A program made the position numbers and the translations under genes. From an uncultured Anaerolineaceae bacterium (lineage in GTDB: Bacteria; Chloroflexota; Anaerolineae; Anaerolineales; Anaerolineaceae), in NCBI GenBank assembly GCA_964503685.1, contig CAZDAW010000036.1, positions 1 through 32,162 on the forward strand: a stretch of 32,162 nt of DNA, written 5' to 3'. The notes below the pieces were generated by a model. It saw only the letters and a program-made list of their open reading frames with translations, was not told the origin of the DNA and ran no database searches. Within the stretch, counting starts at the first letter, position 1; the number at the start of each line of letters is the position of its first letter. Shown one piece after another: positions 8,327 to 18,049 of the stretch.

Positions 8327-9391
8327 CTATTGCGTGAAATGCTTGTATGCCAGACGGGAGATGTCGGAGATGAGCATTTTTGCTTCCGTCCATTTTGAAT
8401 AATTGATGTCATTTACCAGGGCAACGATGATATAAGCCGTGTCGGGCGTCTCAACAATACCGATATCGCCTAACACACCCAGGCCATCGTTTCCGACGCC
8501 AGCTTCGATCGAACCTGTTTTATGCGCCAGACAGATGTTTGGATCTTTGGGCAATCCTCCTCCAATTCTATCTTGGTCGCTCTTTTTGGGAATGTGCATG
8601 ATATCCAGCATCTTGTGGGTGGATTGGGGCGAGAGAATTTGACCACGGTAGAATTTTTCCAACAGTAACGCCAGGTCAGCCGGAGTAGAGCGGCGAGGAG
8701 ATGTGGTGGTGTGAACTGCTCCCCATTCGTGAATCTTTGTGTCGAGGTTAAAACCTTTCTGGCTGTTGACAAATTCACTGACGGTATCCGTTGCGATTTC
8801 TTCTGAATCTTTTAGCATAGCCACCAGAAGTTGCTCGTAAGAGCGTTTGTTGGGCTGGATGCCGTTGGATAATTTTACAGAAGGGTTTTGTTCCAGCCAG
8901 GAAAATAAATCCATAGCGATGGCGACTTTTATCGTCGAAGCGGGATGGAAAATCTCGTCGCCGGAGATTGTGTAGGTCTCACCCGTCCTGAGGTCCTTCA
9001 AATAAACTCCCCATTTACCTGGTATTGTTTTGACTAACGCTTCCAATTCTTCTTGAAAAGCGGCATCTGCTGTCCAGTTCTCGACTACTGGTTCCGGGAA
9101 TGGATCCCACTCTTCCTGACAACTCGTGCCTGATTTGCGAAATTTACCCATCACTAATTCACGATTCACCCCGGTCGGCGAAGGTAATGGCGTTGGGGTA
9201 TTGGGCAGCATGGTTGCAGTGGGAGATGGTGTGTTTAGAACACCTGTTGCCTGTGTGGGGAAGATGATGTTTGATTTGGAGGCGGAATTTTTTTGCGCTA
9301 ACCTGACAGAATCATACACGACGTAAATAACGCCGACAATAACAAAAAGGCTGAGTAAAACGGTTGAAAAGGTTGATCGCTGAAATTTCAT
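8327..9391 (-). CDS. Membrane-anchored class A beta-lactamase-fold serine hydrolase family protein, paralog 2
   Basis: N-terminal TM (VLLSLFVIVGVIYVVY), P/T-rich linker, ASTIK (S-x-x-K) and KTG (HKTGS) motifs; the SDN position reads SEE. Same architecture as the downstream paralog. Confidence 0.7.
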   Translation of the reverse strand: MKFQRSTFSTVLLSLFVIVGVIYVVYDSVRLAQKNSASKSNIIFPTQATGVLNTPSPTATMLPNTPTPLPSPTGVNRELVMGKFRKSGTSCQEEWDPFPEPVVENWTADAAFQEELEALVKTIPGKWGVYLKDLRTGETYTISGDEIFHPASTIKVAIAMDLFSWLEQNPSVKLSNGIQPNKRSYEQLLVAMLKDSEEIATDTVSEFVNSQKGFNLDTKIHEWGAVHTTTSPRRSTPADLALLLEKFYRGQILSPQSTHKMLDIMHIPKKSDQDRIGGGLPKDPNICLAHKTGSIEAGVGNDGLGVLGDIGIVETPDTAYIIVALVNDINYSKWTEAKMLISDISRLAYKHFTQ

Positions 9392-9514
9392 TATAAAAAC
9401 GGCTCAGTCGATTATTCTTATGGTGATCATGAGTTGATACCAATTATATCAATAAATTATCCGGTTATATTTTGTTGCAATATTACAAGATATAAATGGT
9501 CTAAAAAGGCATAA

Positions 9515-9543
9515 TTGACAACTGCTTCCCTTTATGGTAAACT
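9515..9543 (+). promoter_or_regulatory. Candidate promoter for the metH riboswitch transcript (-35 TTGACA, 17-nt spacer, -10 TAAACT)
   Basis: TTGACAactgcttccctttatggTAAACT about 45 nt upstream of the second S-box, in an AT-rich divergent intergenic region. Confidence 0.3.
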
Positions 9544-9587
9544 TTTGCAATCTAAATTGAAATGATCCGGGTGGCTAACGCCAACCA

Positions 9588-9706
9588 CTCATCCAGAGAG
9601 GCGGAGGGACCGGCCCTGCGAAGCCTCGGCAACCTTTACAGAAATGTCTGTGGTGCCAAATCCGGCAGAACCTGGTTGATAACCAGGTGATCTGGAAGAT
9701 GAGAGT
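9588..9706 (+). promoter_or_regulatory. SAM-I (S-box) riboswitch aptamer (second copy)
   Basis: CTCATCCAGAGAGGCGGAGGGACCGGCCCTGCGAAGCCTCGGCAACC...GGTGCCAAATCCGGCAG...GAAGATGAGAG; same conserved blocks as the metK copy. Directly upstream of metH. Confidence 0.85.
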
Positions 9707-9727
9707 TTCGCCTGCATTTTGAATCAA

Positions 9728-9757
9728 ACCTCTCTTCTTTTAGAGAGGTATTTTGTT
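9728..9757 (+). terminator. Candidate terminator of the metH riboswitch expression platform
   Basis: ACCTCTC-TTCTTTTA-GAGAGGT, 7-bp stem, followed by ATTTTGTT. Lies between the aptamer and the proposed metH start. Confidence 0.5.
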
Positions 9758-9779
9758 AATAAGGGAATTTATTGTTGGC

Positions 9780-12700
9780 ATGACAAACAACTATACCAAC
9801 TCCAAATTTTTAGAAGCTGTTCGCAAACGAGTGCTGGTTTTTGATGGGGCAATGGGAACGAACCTGCAAAAGATGAACTTGAGAACTGAGCATTTTGGCG
9901 GTGAGCGTTATTTGGGGTGTAATGATCATCTGGTTATTTCATACCCTGAAGCGGTTGAAGCTGTCCATCGCTCATTTCTCGATGTTGGCGCCGACGTCAT
10001 TGAGACCTGTACATTCCGGGCAAACCGCATCACATTGGGGGAATACGGGCTGCAAGAGAGGACGCTTGAGATCAACCAGGCAGCTGCTCAACTTGGCCGC
10101 CGGCTGGTTGATCAGTACAGCGCGCCTGATCACCCGCGTTACCTCGCTGGTTCGATTGGCCCAAGCGGAAAATTGCCCTCGGCGGACGATCCTGAACTTT
10201 CCAATATCAGTTTTGATGAACTGGCAGATGTCTTTCGCGAGCAGGCGAGCGGCTTGCTTCGCGGCGGTGTGGATCTTATCGTGATCGAAACTTCACAGGA
10301 TTTGCTGGAGGTCAAAGCTGCAATTATTGGCGTGCAATCTGCTTTTGAGGAAACGGGTATCGTTGTTCCTATTCAAGCGCAAGTGACGCTGGATACAACC
10401 GGGCGCATGTTACTGGGCACCGATATCGCTGCGGCGCTGGCAACCCTCGAAGGATTGCCCATCGAAGTCATTGGATTGAACTGCTCGACCGGTCCGGAGC
10501 ACATGCGTGAACCCATTCGCTATTTGGGTGAACAGGCCTGCCTGCCTGTTTCCTGCATTCCCAATGCAGGTTTACCCCTCAATATTGACGGTCAGGCAGT
10601 TTATCCGCTTGAGCCGGAGCCATTTGCATCTGAATTGGTCGAATTTGTTGAAAAGTATAATATCAATATTGTTGGTGGGTGCTGCGGTACGACGCCGGCG
10701 CACATCAAGTTACTGGTTGAGAAGCTCCATAACCGACCCAGCCCGGCGCGACCCGGCTCCAGCGTGCAGCGGTTATCATCTGCCATGCAAGCCATGCCGA
10801 TGACGCAGGAGCCTAAACCTTTATTGATCGGGGAAAGGTTGAATTCACAGGGTAGCCGCCAGTTCAAACGCCTCTTGCTGGCGGAAGACTATGACGCGAT
10901 TTTAGAGATTGCCCGTCAGCAGGTAGCCGGCGGCGCGCATACATTGGATATCTGTGTTGCAGTCACTGAGCGCGGCGACGAAGGCGAACTGATGCGACGG
11001 GTTGTGAAGAAAGTTGCTTCGGGTGTAGAGGTGCCTCTGGTGATCGATACGACCGAACCTGATGTCATGGAAATTGCGCTCAAAACCACGCCGGGGCGCT
11101 GCCTGATCAACTCTACGAACCTGGAAGGCGGGCGGACAAAGGCAGACCGTGTTTTGAAATTGGCGAAGATGCATAACGCCGCGGTGATTTTGCTGACTAT
11201 TGATGAACAGGGCATGGCAAAGACAGCCGATCGGAAAGTTGAGATTGCCCGCCGTTTGTACCACATTGCCGTAGATGAATTTGGTTTACGACCTGGCGAC
11301 CTGGTTTTTGATGCGCTCACTTTCACTCTGGCAACCGGCGAAGCGGAATTCAGCCGCTCGGCGCTCGAAACCTTTGAGGGTATTCGCCGGATAAAGCAGG
11401 AATTCCCAGGCGTTTTTACCTCTTTGGGCGTCAGTAATTCATCGTTTGGCCTTAGCCCGGCGGCCCGTCCGGTTTTAAACAGCGTCATGCTCTATCATGC
11501 TGTGCAGGCCGGATTGGATATGGCCATCGTCAACCCGGCGCAGATCATGCCTTATGCTGAAATTCCTGCCGAAGAACGCCAGCTTGCTGAAGATCTGATT
11601 TTCTGCCGCCATCCAAACGCTTTACAGCGCCTGATCGAACATTTTGAGAAAACAGGCAGCAGTCGAGAAGCGGCGGAAACTGTCGCCGATCCCACTGAAG
11701 GGATGACGCCTGAACAGCGCCTGCAATGGTGTATTCTCCACCGTCACAAAGACGGCGTGGAGAACAGCATCGATGAAATCCTGGCGCGTTCGCCCGCGGC
11801 AGAGAAATCCGTGAATGCGGTAAATATTCTGAACAACGTCTTGTTGCCGGCCATGAAAGATGTCGGCGATAAATTCGGAGCAGGCGAATTGATTTTGCCC
11901 TTCGTTCTGCAATCTGCTGAAGTGATGAAAAAATGCGTCTCTTACCTGGAACAGTTTTTGGAGAAGAAAGAGGGCATCAGTAAAGGATTGATTGTTTTGG
12001 CAACCGTTTACGGCGATGTGCACGACATCGGTAAGAATCTGGTCAAGACGATTCTCTCGAATAACGGCTATACGGTCATTGATCTGGGCAAACAGGTCCC
12101 GGCAGATGCAATCATCCAGAAAGCAGTCGAAGTTAAGGCCAACGCCATTGGCTTGAGCGCCCTGCTGGTAAGCACCAGCAAACAGATGCCGCTGATTGTC
12201 AATGAGTTGCAGCGGCGCGGATTGGAATTTCCGGTGCTGATCGGCGGCGCGGCCATTAACCAACGTTTTGGGCGACGGATTTTACTGACCGATAATGACC
12301 AGTATTACGAGCCGGGCGTCTTCTATTGTAAGGATGCCTTCGAAGGCCTGGCTACGATGGACAGCCTGTCGATCCCCGCCAAACGGGCTGAATTGCTCAG
12401 GCAAATCCAGCAAGAGGCCAGCATCGAACTCAACCGTCCTGTCGTTGCCGCCGGCGGGGAAACGGCCCGGCGAGAATCGATGATCCCGCCGGCTTCCTCG
12501 ATCCCTGTACCGTCGGCTTGGGGGGCGCGGGTTGTCAGGCAGATGCCGCTTCCACTGGTATTTGATTGTCTGGCGAAAAACGAGCTCTTTCGCTTATCCT
12601 GGGGAGCGAAAAATGCTCACGGTGAAGCATGGGAGAAATTGAAAGCAGAGTTCGAAGCGCGACTTTCTCGGATGGAGCAGGATGCTCAAAAAGAAGGGTG

Positions 12701-13295
12701 GTTGCGACCGCAGGGCGTGTATGGTTATTACCCGGCGCAATCTGCAGGCGAAGAATTAGTCGTTTATGACCCTGCCACCATTGACAGAAACTCGCCCGTT
12801 GAGATGATGCGCTTTTCCTTCCCTCGTCAGGTTTCCACGGAGAACATCTGTCTGGCCGATTATTTTGCCCCGGTCGAGAGCGGCAGAATGGACGTGGTTG
12901 CCTTTCAGGTCGTTACCGTCGGCGAACAGGCTACCGAGCGTTTTGATCGGTTGCAGGCCGCCGGCGACTACACCGAGGCTTATTTCACCCACGGTCTGGC
13001 AGTTCAAACTGCCGAGGCCGCGGCAGAATATTTGCATCGTCACATTCGCCGCGAGTTGGGGCTGCCTGCTAACCAGGGCAAACGTTATTCGTGGGGATAT
13101 CCGGCGATTCCTGAACTGACGGATCATGCCAAAGTCTTTCAGTTGCTTCCCGCCGAAAAAGAACTGGGTATGAGCCTGACATCGGCCTTCCAACTGGTGC
13201 CAGAGCAATCGACCGCGGCTATTATCATCCACCACCCCAAGGCTAAATATTTCAATGTCGGCGAGAGCCGCGTCGAACAAATTATGAAAGGTTGA
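9780..13295 (+). CDS. metH: Cobalamin-dependent methionine synthase (full four-module MetH)
   Basis: Modules in order: Hcy-binding (VLVFDGAMGTNLQ.., GLNCSTGP, GGCCGTTP), pterin-binding (LLIGERLNSQGSR..), B12-binding with the DxHxxG motif (GDVHDIGKNLV) and a C-terminal AdoMet/reactivation domain (..YPAIPELTDHAKVFQLL..). Start set to the ATG at 9780 (M10 of the track ORF) because the track start overlaps the terminator hairpin. Confidence 0.9.
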   Translation: MTNNYTNSKFLEAVRKRVLVFDGAMGTNLQKMNLRTEHFGGERYLGCNDHLVISYPEAVEAVHRSFLDVGADVIETCTFRANRITLGEYGLQERTLEINQAAAQLGRRLVDQYSAPDHPRYLAGSIGPSGKLPSADDPELSNISFDELADVFREQASGLLRGGVDLIVIETSQDLLEVKAAIIGVQSAFEETGIVVPIQAQVTLDTTGRMLLGTDIAAALATLEGLPIEVIGLNCSTGPEHMREPIRYLGEQACLPVSCIPNAGLPLNIDGQAVYPLEPEPFASELVEFVEKYNINIVGGCCGTTPAHIKLLVEKLHNRPSPARPGSSVQRLSSAMQAMPMTQEPKPLLIGERLNSQGSRQFKRLLLAEDYDAILEIARQQVAGGAHTLDICVAVTERGDEGELMRRVVKKVASGVEVPLVIDTTEPDVMEIALKTTPGRCLINSTNLEGGRTKADRVLKLAKMHNAAVILLTIDEQGMAKTADRKVEIARRLYHIAVDEFGLRPGDLVFDALTFTLATGEAEFSRSALETFEGIRRIKQEFPGVFTSLGVSNSSFGLSPAARPVLNSVMLYHAVQAGLDMAIVNPAQIMPYAEIPAEERQLAEDLIFCRHPNALQRLIEHFEKTGSSREAAETVADPTEGMTPEQRLQWCILHRHKDGVENSIDEILARSPAAEKSVNAVNILNNVLLPAMKDVGDKFGAGELILPFVLQSAEVMKKCVSYLEQFLEKKEGISKGLIVLATVYGDVHDIGKNLVKTILSNNGYTVIDLGKQVPADAIIQKAVEVKANAIGLSALLVSTSKQMPLIVNELQRRGLEFPVLIGGAAINQRFGRRILLTDNDQYYEPGVFYCKDAFEGLATMDSLSIPAKRAELLRQIQQEASIELNRPVVAAGGETARRESMIPPASSIPVPSAWGARVVRQMPLPLVFDCLAKNELFRLSWGAKNAHGEAWEKLKAEFEARLSRMEQDAQKEGWLRPQGVYGYYPAQSAGEELVVYDPATIDRNSPVEMMRFSFPRQVSTENICLADYFAPVESGRMDVVAFQVVTVGEQATERFDRLQAAGDYTEAYFTHGLAVQTAEAAAEYLHRHIRRELGLPANQGKRYSWGYPAIPELTDHAKVFQLLPAEKELGMSLTSAFQLVPEQSTAAIIIHHPKAKYFNVGESRVEQIMKG

Positions 13296-13296
13296 A

Positions 13297-15201
13297 ATGC
13301 AAGCCGCTGCTGACACAAAAAAGGATTTCCTTGCCGCTTTAAAAAATAATCGTCCGTTGGTAGCCGATGGGGCTATGGGGACGATGCTGCATAGCCGCGG
13401 GATCGGCATCAACGAGTGTTTCGACGAGCTTAATCTCACCCATCCTGCCCTGGTAGCCGAAATTCACCGCGACTACATCAACGCCGGGGCGCAAATCATT
13501 CAAACCAATACGTTCGGCGCCAACCGTTTCAAACTCGAAAAACATGGCCTGGAAGATAAACTGGTCGAGATTAACACGGCCGGCGTTGATCTGGCGCGCC
13601 GCTCTGTTCTCGCTTCCTTCAAGGAGGTTTGGATTGCCGGGGATGTTGGCCCGCTCGGTATCCATCTGTCGCCCTTCGGTAAAGTGCAGCCGGAACAGGC
13701 CCGGCAGGTTTTTGCCGAGCAGATTAACGCCCTGTGCAAGGCCGGCGTTGACCTGATTGCCATCGAGACGATCAGCGATACCCTGGAGGCCTGCGAGGCG
13801 GTTCGGGCAGCTCGCCAGGTATGCAGCCTGCCGGTCATGGCGTCGATGACCTTCACCCGCGACGATCGCACGATCCTGGGAGACGAGCCCGCAAAAGTTG
13901 CTCGCTTGCTCAAAGAAAGTGGGGTGGACGTTATCGGCGTCAATTGTTCGGGGGGGCCGGCTCAGATCCTGCGAATTCTAAAGAAAATGCGCCAGGCGTT
14001 TCCTGACGCTTTTTATCTGGTCAAACCCAATGCCGGCTGGCCAGAACAAATTGCCGGGCGCATCATGTACCCGGCCGCCCCCGAATACTTTGGCGATTAT
14101 GCGTTGGCATTCTGGCAGGCCGGCGCGAAGATCATAGGTGGTTGCTGCGGCACGACGCCTCAACATATTGCGGCAATCCGGCAGATGGTCGAATCGACTC
14201 GACCGGAACAGGTCGTCAGCGTTCAAGTTATTCCACAACCCGAAACATCCGAGACTCTTCTGGCCGCTGATCAACCCACTCAACTTGCCCAAAAGCTTTC
14301 TGCCGGCGAGTTTGTTATAGCAGTTGAGATGGACCCGCCGCGCGGACTTTCGATGCACAAATTACTGGCGGGCGCCAGCCTTTTGGCAGAGGTCGGCGTC
14401 GATGTAATCGACGTAGCTGACAGCCCGATGGCGCGCATGCGCATGAGTCCCTGGGCGGTTTGCAACCTGGTGCAACGTCAGGTGGGCGTCGAAACCGTGC
14501 TGCATTTTCCCACCCGCGGGCGTAATCTGTTGCGTGTGCAGGGCGATCTTTTGGCTGCCCATGCTCTGGGGGTGAGGAATATTTTTGTCGTCATGGGCGA
14601 CCCGACCGCCATCGGCGATTACCCGGAAGCGATGGATAATTATGACCTTGTTCCCTCCGGTTTGATTAAATTGATCAAACAGGGATTCAATGCCGGTGTG
14701 GATCATGCCGGATCGAATATTGGGCAGCCGACTTCCTTCTTCGTTGGCTGCGCCCTCAATTTAGACACCCCTGATTATGCCCAGGAAGTTAAAAATCTAC
14801 AACGAAAGCTCAAGGCTGGGGCAGATTTTGCCCTGACTCAGCCAATCTTTAACCCAAAAATTTTTGACAACTTCGTCAATCGGTACGAGTCAGATTTCGG
14901 TCCCCTTCCCATTCCGATTCTGGTAGGGATTTTGCCGTTATATAATTCACGCCATGCTGCCTTTTTGCATCATGAAGTGCCGGGCATTACGATACCAGAG
15001 ACCACGCGCCAGCGAATCGATCGGGCGGGTGAGAACAGCGCTCGTGAAGGCAGCAGAATTGCGATAGAATTGGCCCAACAGGTCAGATCTCACGCCGGCG
15101 GCATTTATCTGATGCCGGCCTTCAGCCGGTACGATATCGCGGCTGAAATCGTTGAAGCTGTAAAGCAGCCATTGGAGGTATCTGATGCTTCTCGTCATTG
15201 A
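13297..15201 (+). CDS. Bifunctional homocysteine S-methyltransferase / 5,10-methylenetetrahydrofolate reductase (YitJ-like)
   Basis: N-terminal ~300 aa are an Hcy S-methyltransferase domain (LVADGAMGTMLH.., GVNCSGGP, GGCCGTTP). The C-terminal ~300 aa are MetF-like MTHFR (..FVIAVEMDPPRG.., ..HFPTRGRNLL..). Starts 1 nt after the metH stop, so same operon. Architecture as B. subtilis yitJ, an S-box regulon member. Confidence 0.85.
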   Translation: MQAAADTKKDFLAALKNNRPLVADGAMGTMLHSRGIGINECFDELNLTHPALVAEIHRDYINAGAQIIQTNTFGANRFKLEKHGLEDKLVEINTAGVDLARRSVLASFKEVWIAGDVGPLGIHLSPFGKVQPEQARQVFAEQINALCKAGVDLIAIETISDTLEACEAVRAARQVCSLPVMASMTFTRDDRTILGDEPAKVARLLKESGVDVIGVNCSGGPAQILRILKKMRQAFPDAFYLVKPNAGWPEQIAGRIMYPAAPEYFGDYALAFWQAGAKIIGGCCGTTPQHIAAIRQMVESTRPEQVVSVQVIPQPETSETLLAADQPTQLAQKLSAGEFVIAVEMDPPRGLSMHKLLAGASLLAEVGVDVIDVADSPMARMRMSPWAVCNLVQRQVGVETVLHFPTRGRNLLRVQGDLLAAHALGVRNIFVVMGDPTAIGDYPEAMDNYDLVPSGLIKLIKQGFNAGVDHAGSNIGQPTSFFVGCALNLDTPDYAQEVKNLQRKLKAGADFALTQPIFNPKIFDNFVNRYESDFGPLPIPILVGILPLYNSRHAAFLHHEVPGITIPETTRQRIDRAGENSAREGSRIAIELAQQVRSHAGGIYLMPAFSRYDIAAEIVEAVKQPLEVSDASRH

Positions 15202-15949
15202 TATGGGTAACACGAATCTCACCCTGGGACTGTACCAGGGCGAAAAACTTATCTATCATTGGCGTCTGTCCACCGATCGGGAACGGATGCCGGATGAATA
15301 TGGGTTGCAGTTATTAGGCTTGCTGGAGCGAGTTAACTGTCCTCTGCGCGAAATCGAAGGCATTTGTCTTTCTTCGGTCGTTCCGCCTGTTACCGGGAGA
15401 ATCATCCAGGCCTGTCAGGAATATCTGGGACAAAAACCGCTCACGGTTGATGTCAGTTTGAAAACGGGGCTTAAGATATTGTATGAAGATCCCAAAGCGG
15501 TCGGAACAGATCGTATTGCCGATGCGGTCGCTGTGTTAACGCAGTACGGCGGTCCGGCCTGTGTGGTGGATTTCGGCACGGCGACGACGTTTAACGCCAT
15601 CGGCGCCGATTGCACCTATCGAGGCGGCGCTATTGCCCCCGGAATTGGCGTGGCCGCTGAAGCTCTGTTCCAGCATACATCCAAACTCACCCGTGTTGAC
15701 ATACAGCGCCCTCCCTCGGTGATCGGTCGTAACACCGTTCATGCCATGCAATCTGGTTTATTATTCGGCTACGTTTCAATGGTTGAGGGTATGGTCAATC
15801 GGTTCTGCGCCGAGTTGGGTGAAGAAACCAGAGTTGTGGCTACCGGTGGGCTGGCGGAAGTTGTTGCCAGCGAAACGAAAGTGATCCAGATTATTGCCCC
15901 ATGGCTGACTCTGGATGGTTTGAGAATTATCTGGGAATTAAACCGATAA
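15185..15949 (+). CDS. coaX: Type III pantothenate kinase
   Basis: MLLVIDMGNTNLTLGLY.. N-terminus and ~254 aa length are typical of CoaX (Bvg accessory factor family). The 5' end overlaps the preceding gene by 17 nt. Confidence 0.85.
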   Translation: MLLVIDMGNTNLTLGLYQGEKLIYHWRLSTDRERMPDEYGLQLLGLLERVNCPLREIEGICLSSVVPPVTGRIIQACQEYLGQKPLTVDVSLKTGLKILYEDPKAVGTDRIADAVAVLTQYGGPACVVDFGTATTFNAIGADCTYRGGAIAPGIGVAAEALFQHTSKLTRVDIQRPPSVIGRNTVHAMQSGLLFGYVSMVEGMVNRFCAELGEETRVVATGGLAEVVASETKVIQIIAPWLTLDGLRIIWELNR

Positions 15950-15979
15950 AACGATACAATTATCTGGGAAAACATTGTC

Positions 15980-17206
15980 ATGAGCAATCCTCTTCTCGAC
16001 AAACACATCGTACTTGGCGTCACCGGTTCGATTGCTGCTTATAAGGCGGTTGAACTGGCGTCCGCGTTAACCCAGGCCGGCGCATTGGTCGATGTTATTC
16101 TCACCCCATCGGCCGAAAAATTTGTCGCCCCGATCACTTTTTCTTCCGTAACCGGGCGCGGCGCTTATGTAGAAGCCGATTTATGGGGCGGCCAGGGACA
16201 CGTTTTACACATCGGATTGGGCCGGGCGGCTGATTTGATCGTTATTGCCCCAGCGACAGCGAATATTATGGCAAAGCTGGCGCATGGTATTGCCGATAAT
16301 TTGCTCAGTGTAACCACATTGGCTGCCGATTGTCCGATGATTATTGCACCGGCGATGGACGCCGGGATGTTCAGCCGGGAAGTCACCCAGAAAAACGTTG
16401 AGATTTTACAGAAACGAGGCGTCATTTTTGTCGGACCCGAAGAAGGGCATCTGGCCTCTGGTCTGATGGGTAAAGGGCGGCTGTCTGATCTGGCTGAAGT
16501 GATTGGAAATATCCGTTATGTTTTGGCGCAAGGAGGCCCCCTGACAGGCAAAAAAATCGTTGTCACAGCCGGAGGCACCCAGGAACCTATCGACCCGGTG
16601 CGCATGATTACCAACCGGTCTTCGGGCAAGCAGGGTTTTGCCATCGCTCAGGCAGCCGTTGACCAGGGCGCGCAGGTAGTTTTGATTGCCGCTCCGACGC
16701 AATTGACCACGCCTGTCGGCGCACAGCGTATTGATGTGCTGACTGCTGATGAGATGTTGGAGAAGGTGCTGGCTGAAACCGCAAACGCGGATGGGTTGAT
16801 TATGGCTGCTGCCGTTTCGGATTTCAAACCAGCGCGGGCGGCAAAACAAAAGATCAAAAAGACGGATGGAATACCTGAAATAACTCTGCAACGTACGCCT
16901 GATATTCTTGCCAATGTTGCCACCAAAAAACAGACCAATGGGCGCCCAAAGATTGTTGTTGGTTTTGCAGCCGAGAGCAACGATTTATTAGATAATGCCG
17001 GAGCGAAACTCACAGCAAAGCGCCTGGATTTTATTGTTGCCAATGATATTTCCAGTAAGGATGCAGGCTTTGAGGTTGACGATAATCGCATCACCATCCT
17101 GTATGCAAATGGGCAACAGGAGTCGTTTCCCTTGATGTCGAAAATTGAAGTAGCCAATCTTGTCATTGAACGTGTTATTAATTTACTCAACCCCGAAAAG
17201 AAATGA
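15980..17206 (+). CDS. coaBC: Bifunctional phosphopantothenoylcysteine decarboxylase / phosphopantothenate-cysteine ligase
   Basis: N-terminal flavoprotein domain (KHIVLGVTGSIAAYKAVELASAL..), C-terminal CoaB ligase domain, ~408 aa. Confidence 0.9.
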   Translation: MSNPLLDKHIVLGVTGSIAAYKAVELASALTQAGALVDVILTPSAEKFVAPITFSSVTGRGAYVEADLWGGQGHVLHIGLGRAADLIVIAPATANIMAKLAHGIADNLLSVTTLAADCPMIIAPAMDAGMFSREVTQKNVEILQKRGVIFVGPEEGHLASGLMGKGRLSDLAEVIGNIRYVLAQGGPLTGKKIVVTAGGTQEPIDPVRMITNRSSGKQGFAIAQAAVDQGAQVVLIAAPTQLTTPVGAQRIDVLTADEMLEKVLAETANADGLIMAAAVSDFKPARAAKQKIKKTDGIPEITLQRTPDILANVATKKQTNGRPKIVVGFAAESNDLLDNAGAKLTAKRLDFIVANDISSKDAGFEVDDNRITILYANGQQESFPLMSKIEVANLVIERVINLLNPEKK

Positions 17207-17247
17207 AGTCGGGTGAATGGATTCCTGGATCAAAGGGGTAACCTGCC

Positions 17248-17976
17248 ATGCGGATATTAATCCTCTCTGATATTCATGCAAACCTGGTAGCGCTGAAAGC
17301 TGTGTTGAAAGACGCTGGAGAGATCGATGGCGCCTGGTGTCTGGGAGATCTGGTCGGCTATGGGCCAGACCCCAATGAGTGCATCTCGTTGATGAAGACG
17401 CTTCCTGGCCTGGTATGCCTGCTGGGTAATCATGATGCGGCTGCTCTGGGTCAAATTGATATTCAGGCTTTCAATAATGATGCCAAAACATCGATTTACT
17501 GGTTGCAGAATGTATTGACGAACGATAGTTTTGCTTTCCTGATGAAGCAAACCGAAAAAGAGGTCATCGATACGGTAACGTTGGTGCATGGCAGCCCGCG
17601 CAATCCCGTCTGGGAATATATTCTGGATACTCACATGGCGGCTATCAATTTTCTGCATTTTCAGACGCAATTTTGCTTTGTGGGGCATACCCACATCCCT
17701 GTTATTTTCACTCAGAACGGCAATGAGAAACCGGTCAATATTACCTTTCCTACCCCTGGGGAGGAGATGGTTTTGCCGGCTCGCTCGATTGTCAATCCGG
17801 GTTCGGTTGGGCAACCGCGTGATCGCAATGCGCAGGCCGCATACGCTATCTTCGACACCGAAAATCTTACCTGGAAAAGTTGCAGAACCCCCTACGATAT
17901 CGCTGAAGTTCAGCAGCGCATTCTCAAGGCCGGGCTGCCGATACGCCACGCTCAGAGATTGGCCGAAGGCTGGTGA
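17248..17976 (+). CDS. Metallophosphoesterase (calcineurin-like, YfcE/MJ0936-type)
   Basis: MRILILSDIHAN.., GDLVGYGP, LGNHD and GHTH motifs. Confidence 0.8.
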   Translation: MRILILSDIHANLVALKAVLKDAGEIDGAWCLGDLVGYGPDPNECISLMKTLPGLVCLLGNHDAAALGQIDIQAFNNDAKTSIYWLQNVLTNDSFAFLMKQTEKEVIDTVTLVHGSPRNPVWEYILDTHMAAINFLHFQTQFCFVGHTHIPVIFTQNGNEKPVNITFPTPGEEMVLPARSIVNPGSVGQPRDRNAQAAYAIFDTENLTWKSCRTPYDIAEVQQRILKAGLPIRHAQRLAEGW

Positions 17977-18049
17977 TAGAGTGGAGGAACTTTCTGTTTG
18001 ATTTTAACGTCTATGGTGCATAAAATTGTGTTCCGTTGAAGGAGGAGAT

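Noticed and set aside
8242-8412. Long N-terminal extension of the first beta-lactamase-fold paralog (track start 8412)
   Set aside because: Would overlap the upstream paralog by 86 nt and encodes a non-hydrophobic, Ser/Arg-rich stretch before the TM. The internal MM at residues 58/59 gives the same signal-anchor layout as the paralog.
9400-9780. Cobalamin riboswitch upstream of metH
   Set aside because: The leader matches the S-box blocks point by point. No B12-box (GCCACTG-like) or other cobalamin-riboswitch features seen.
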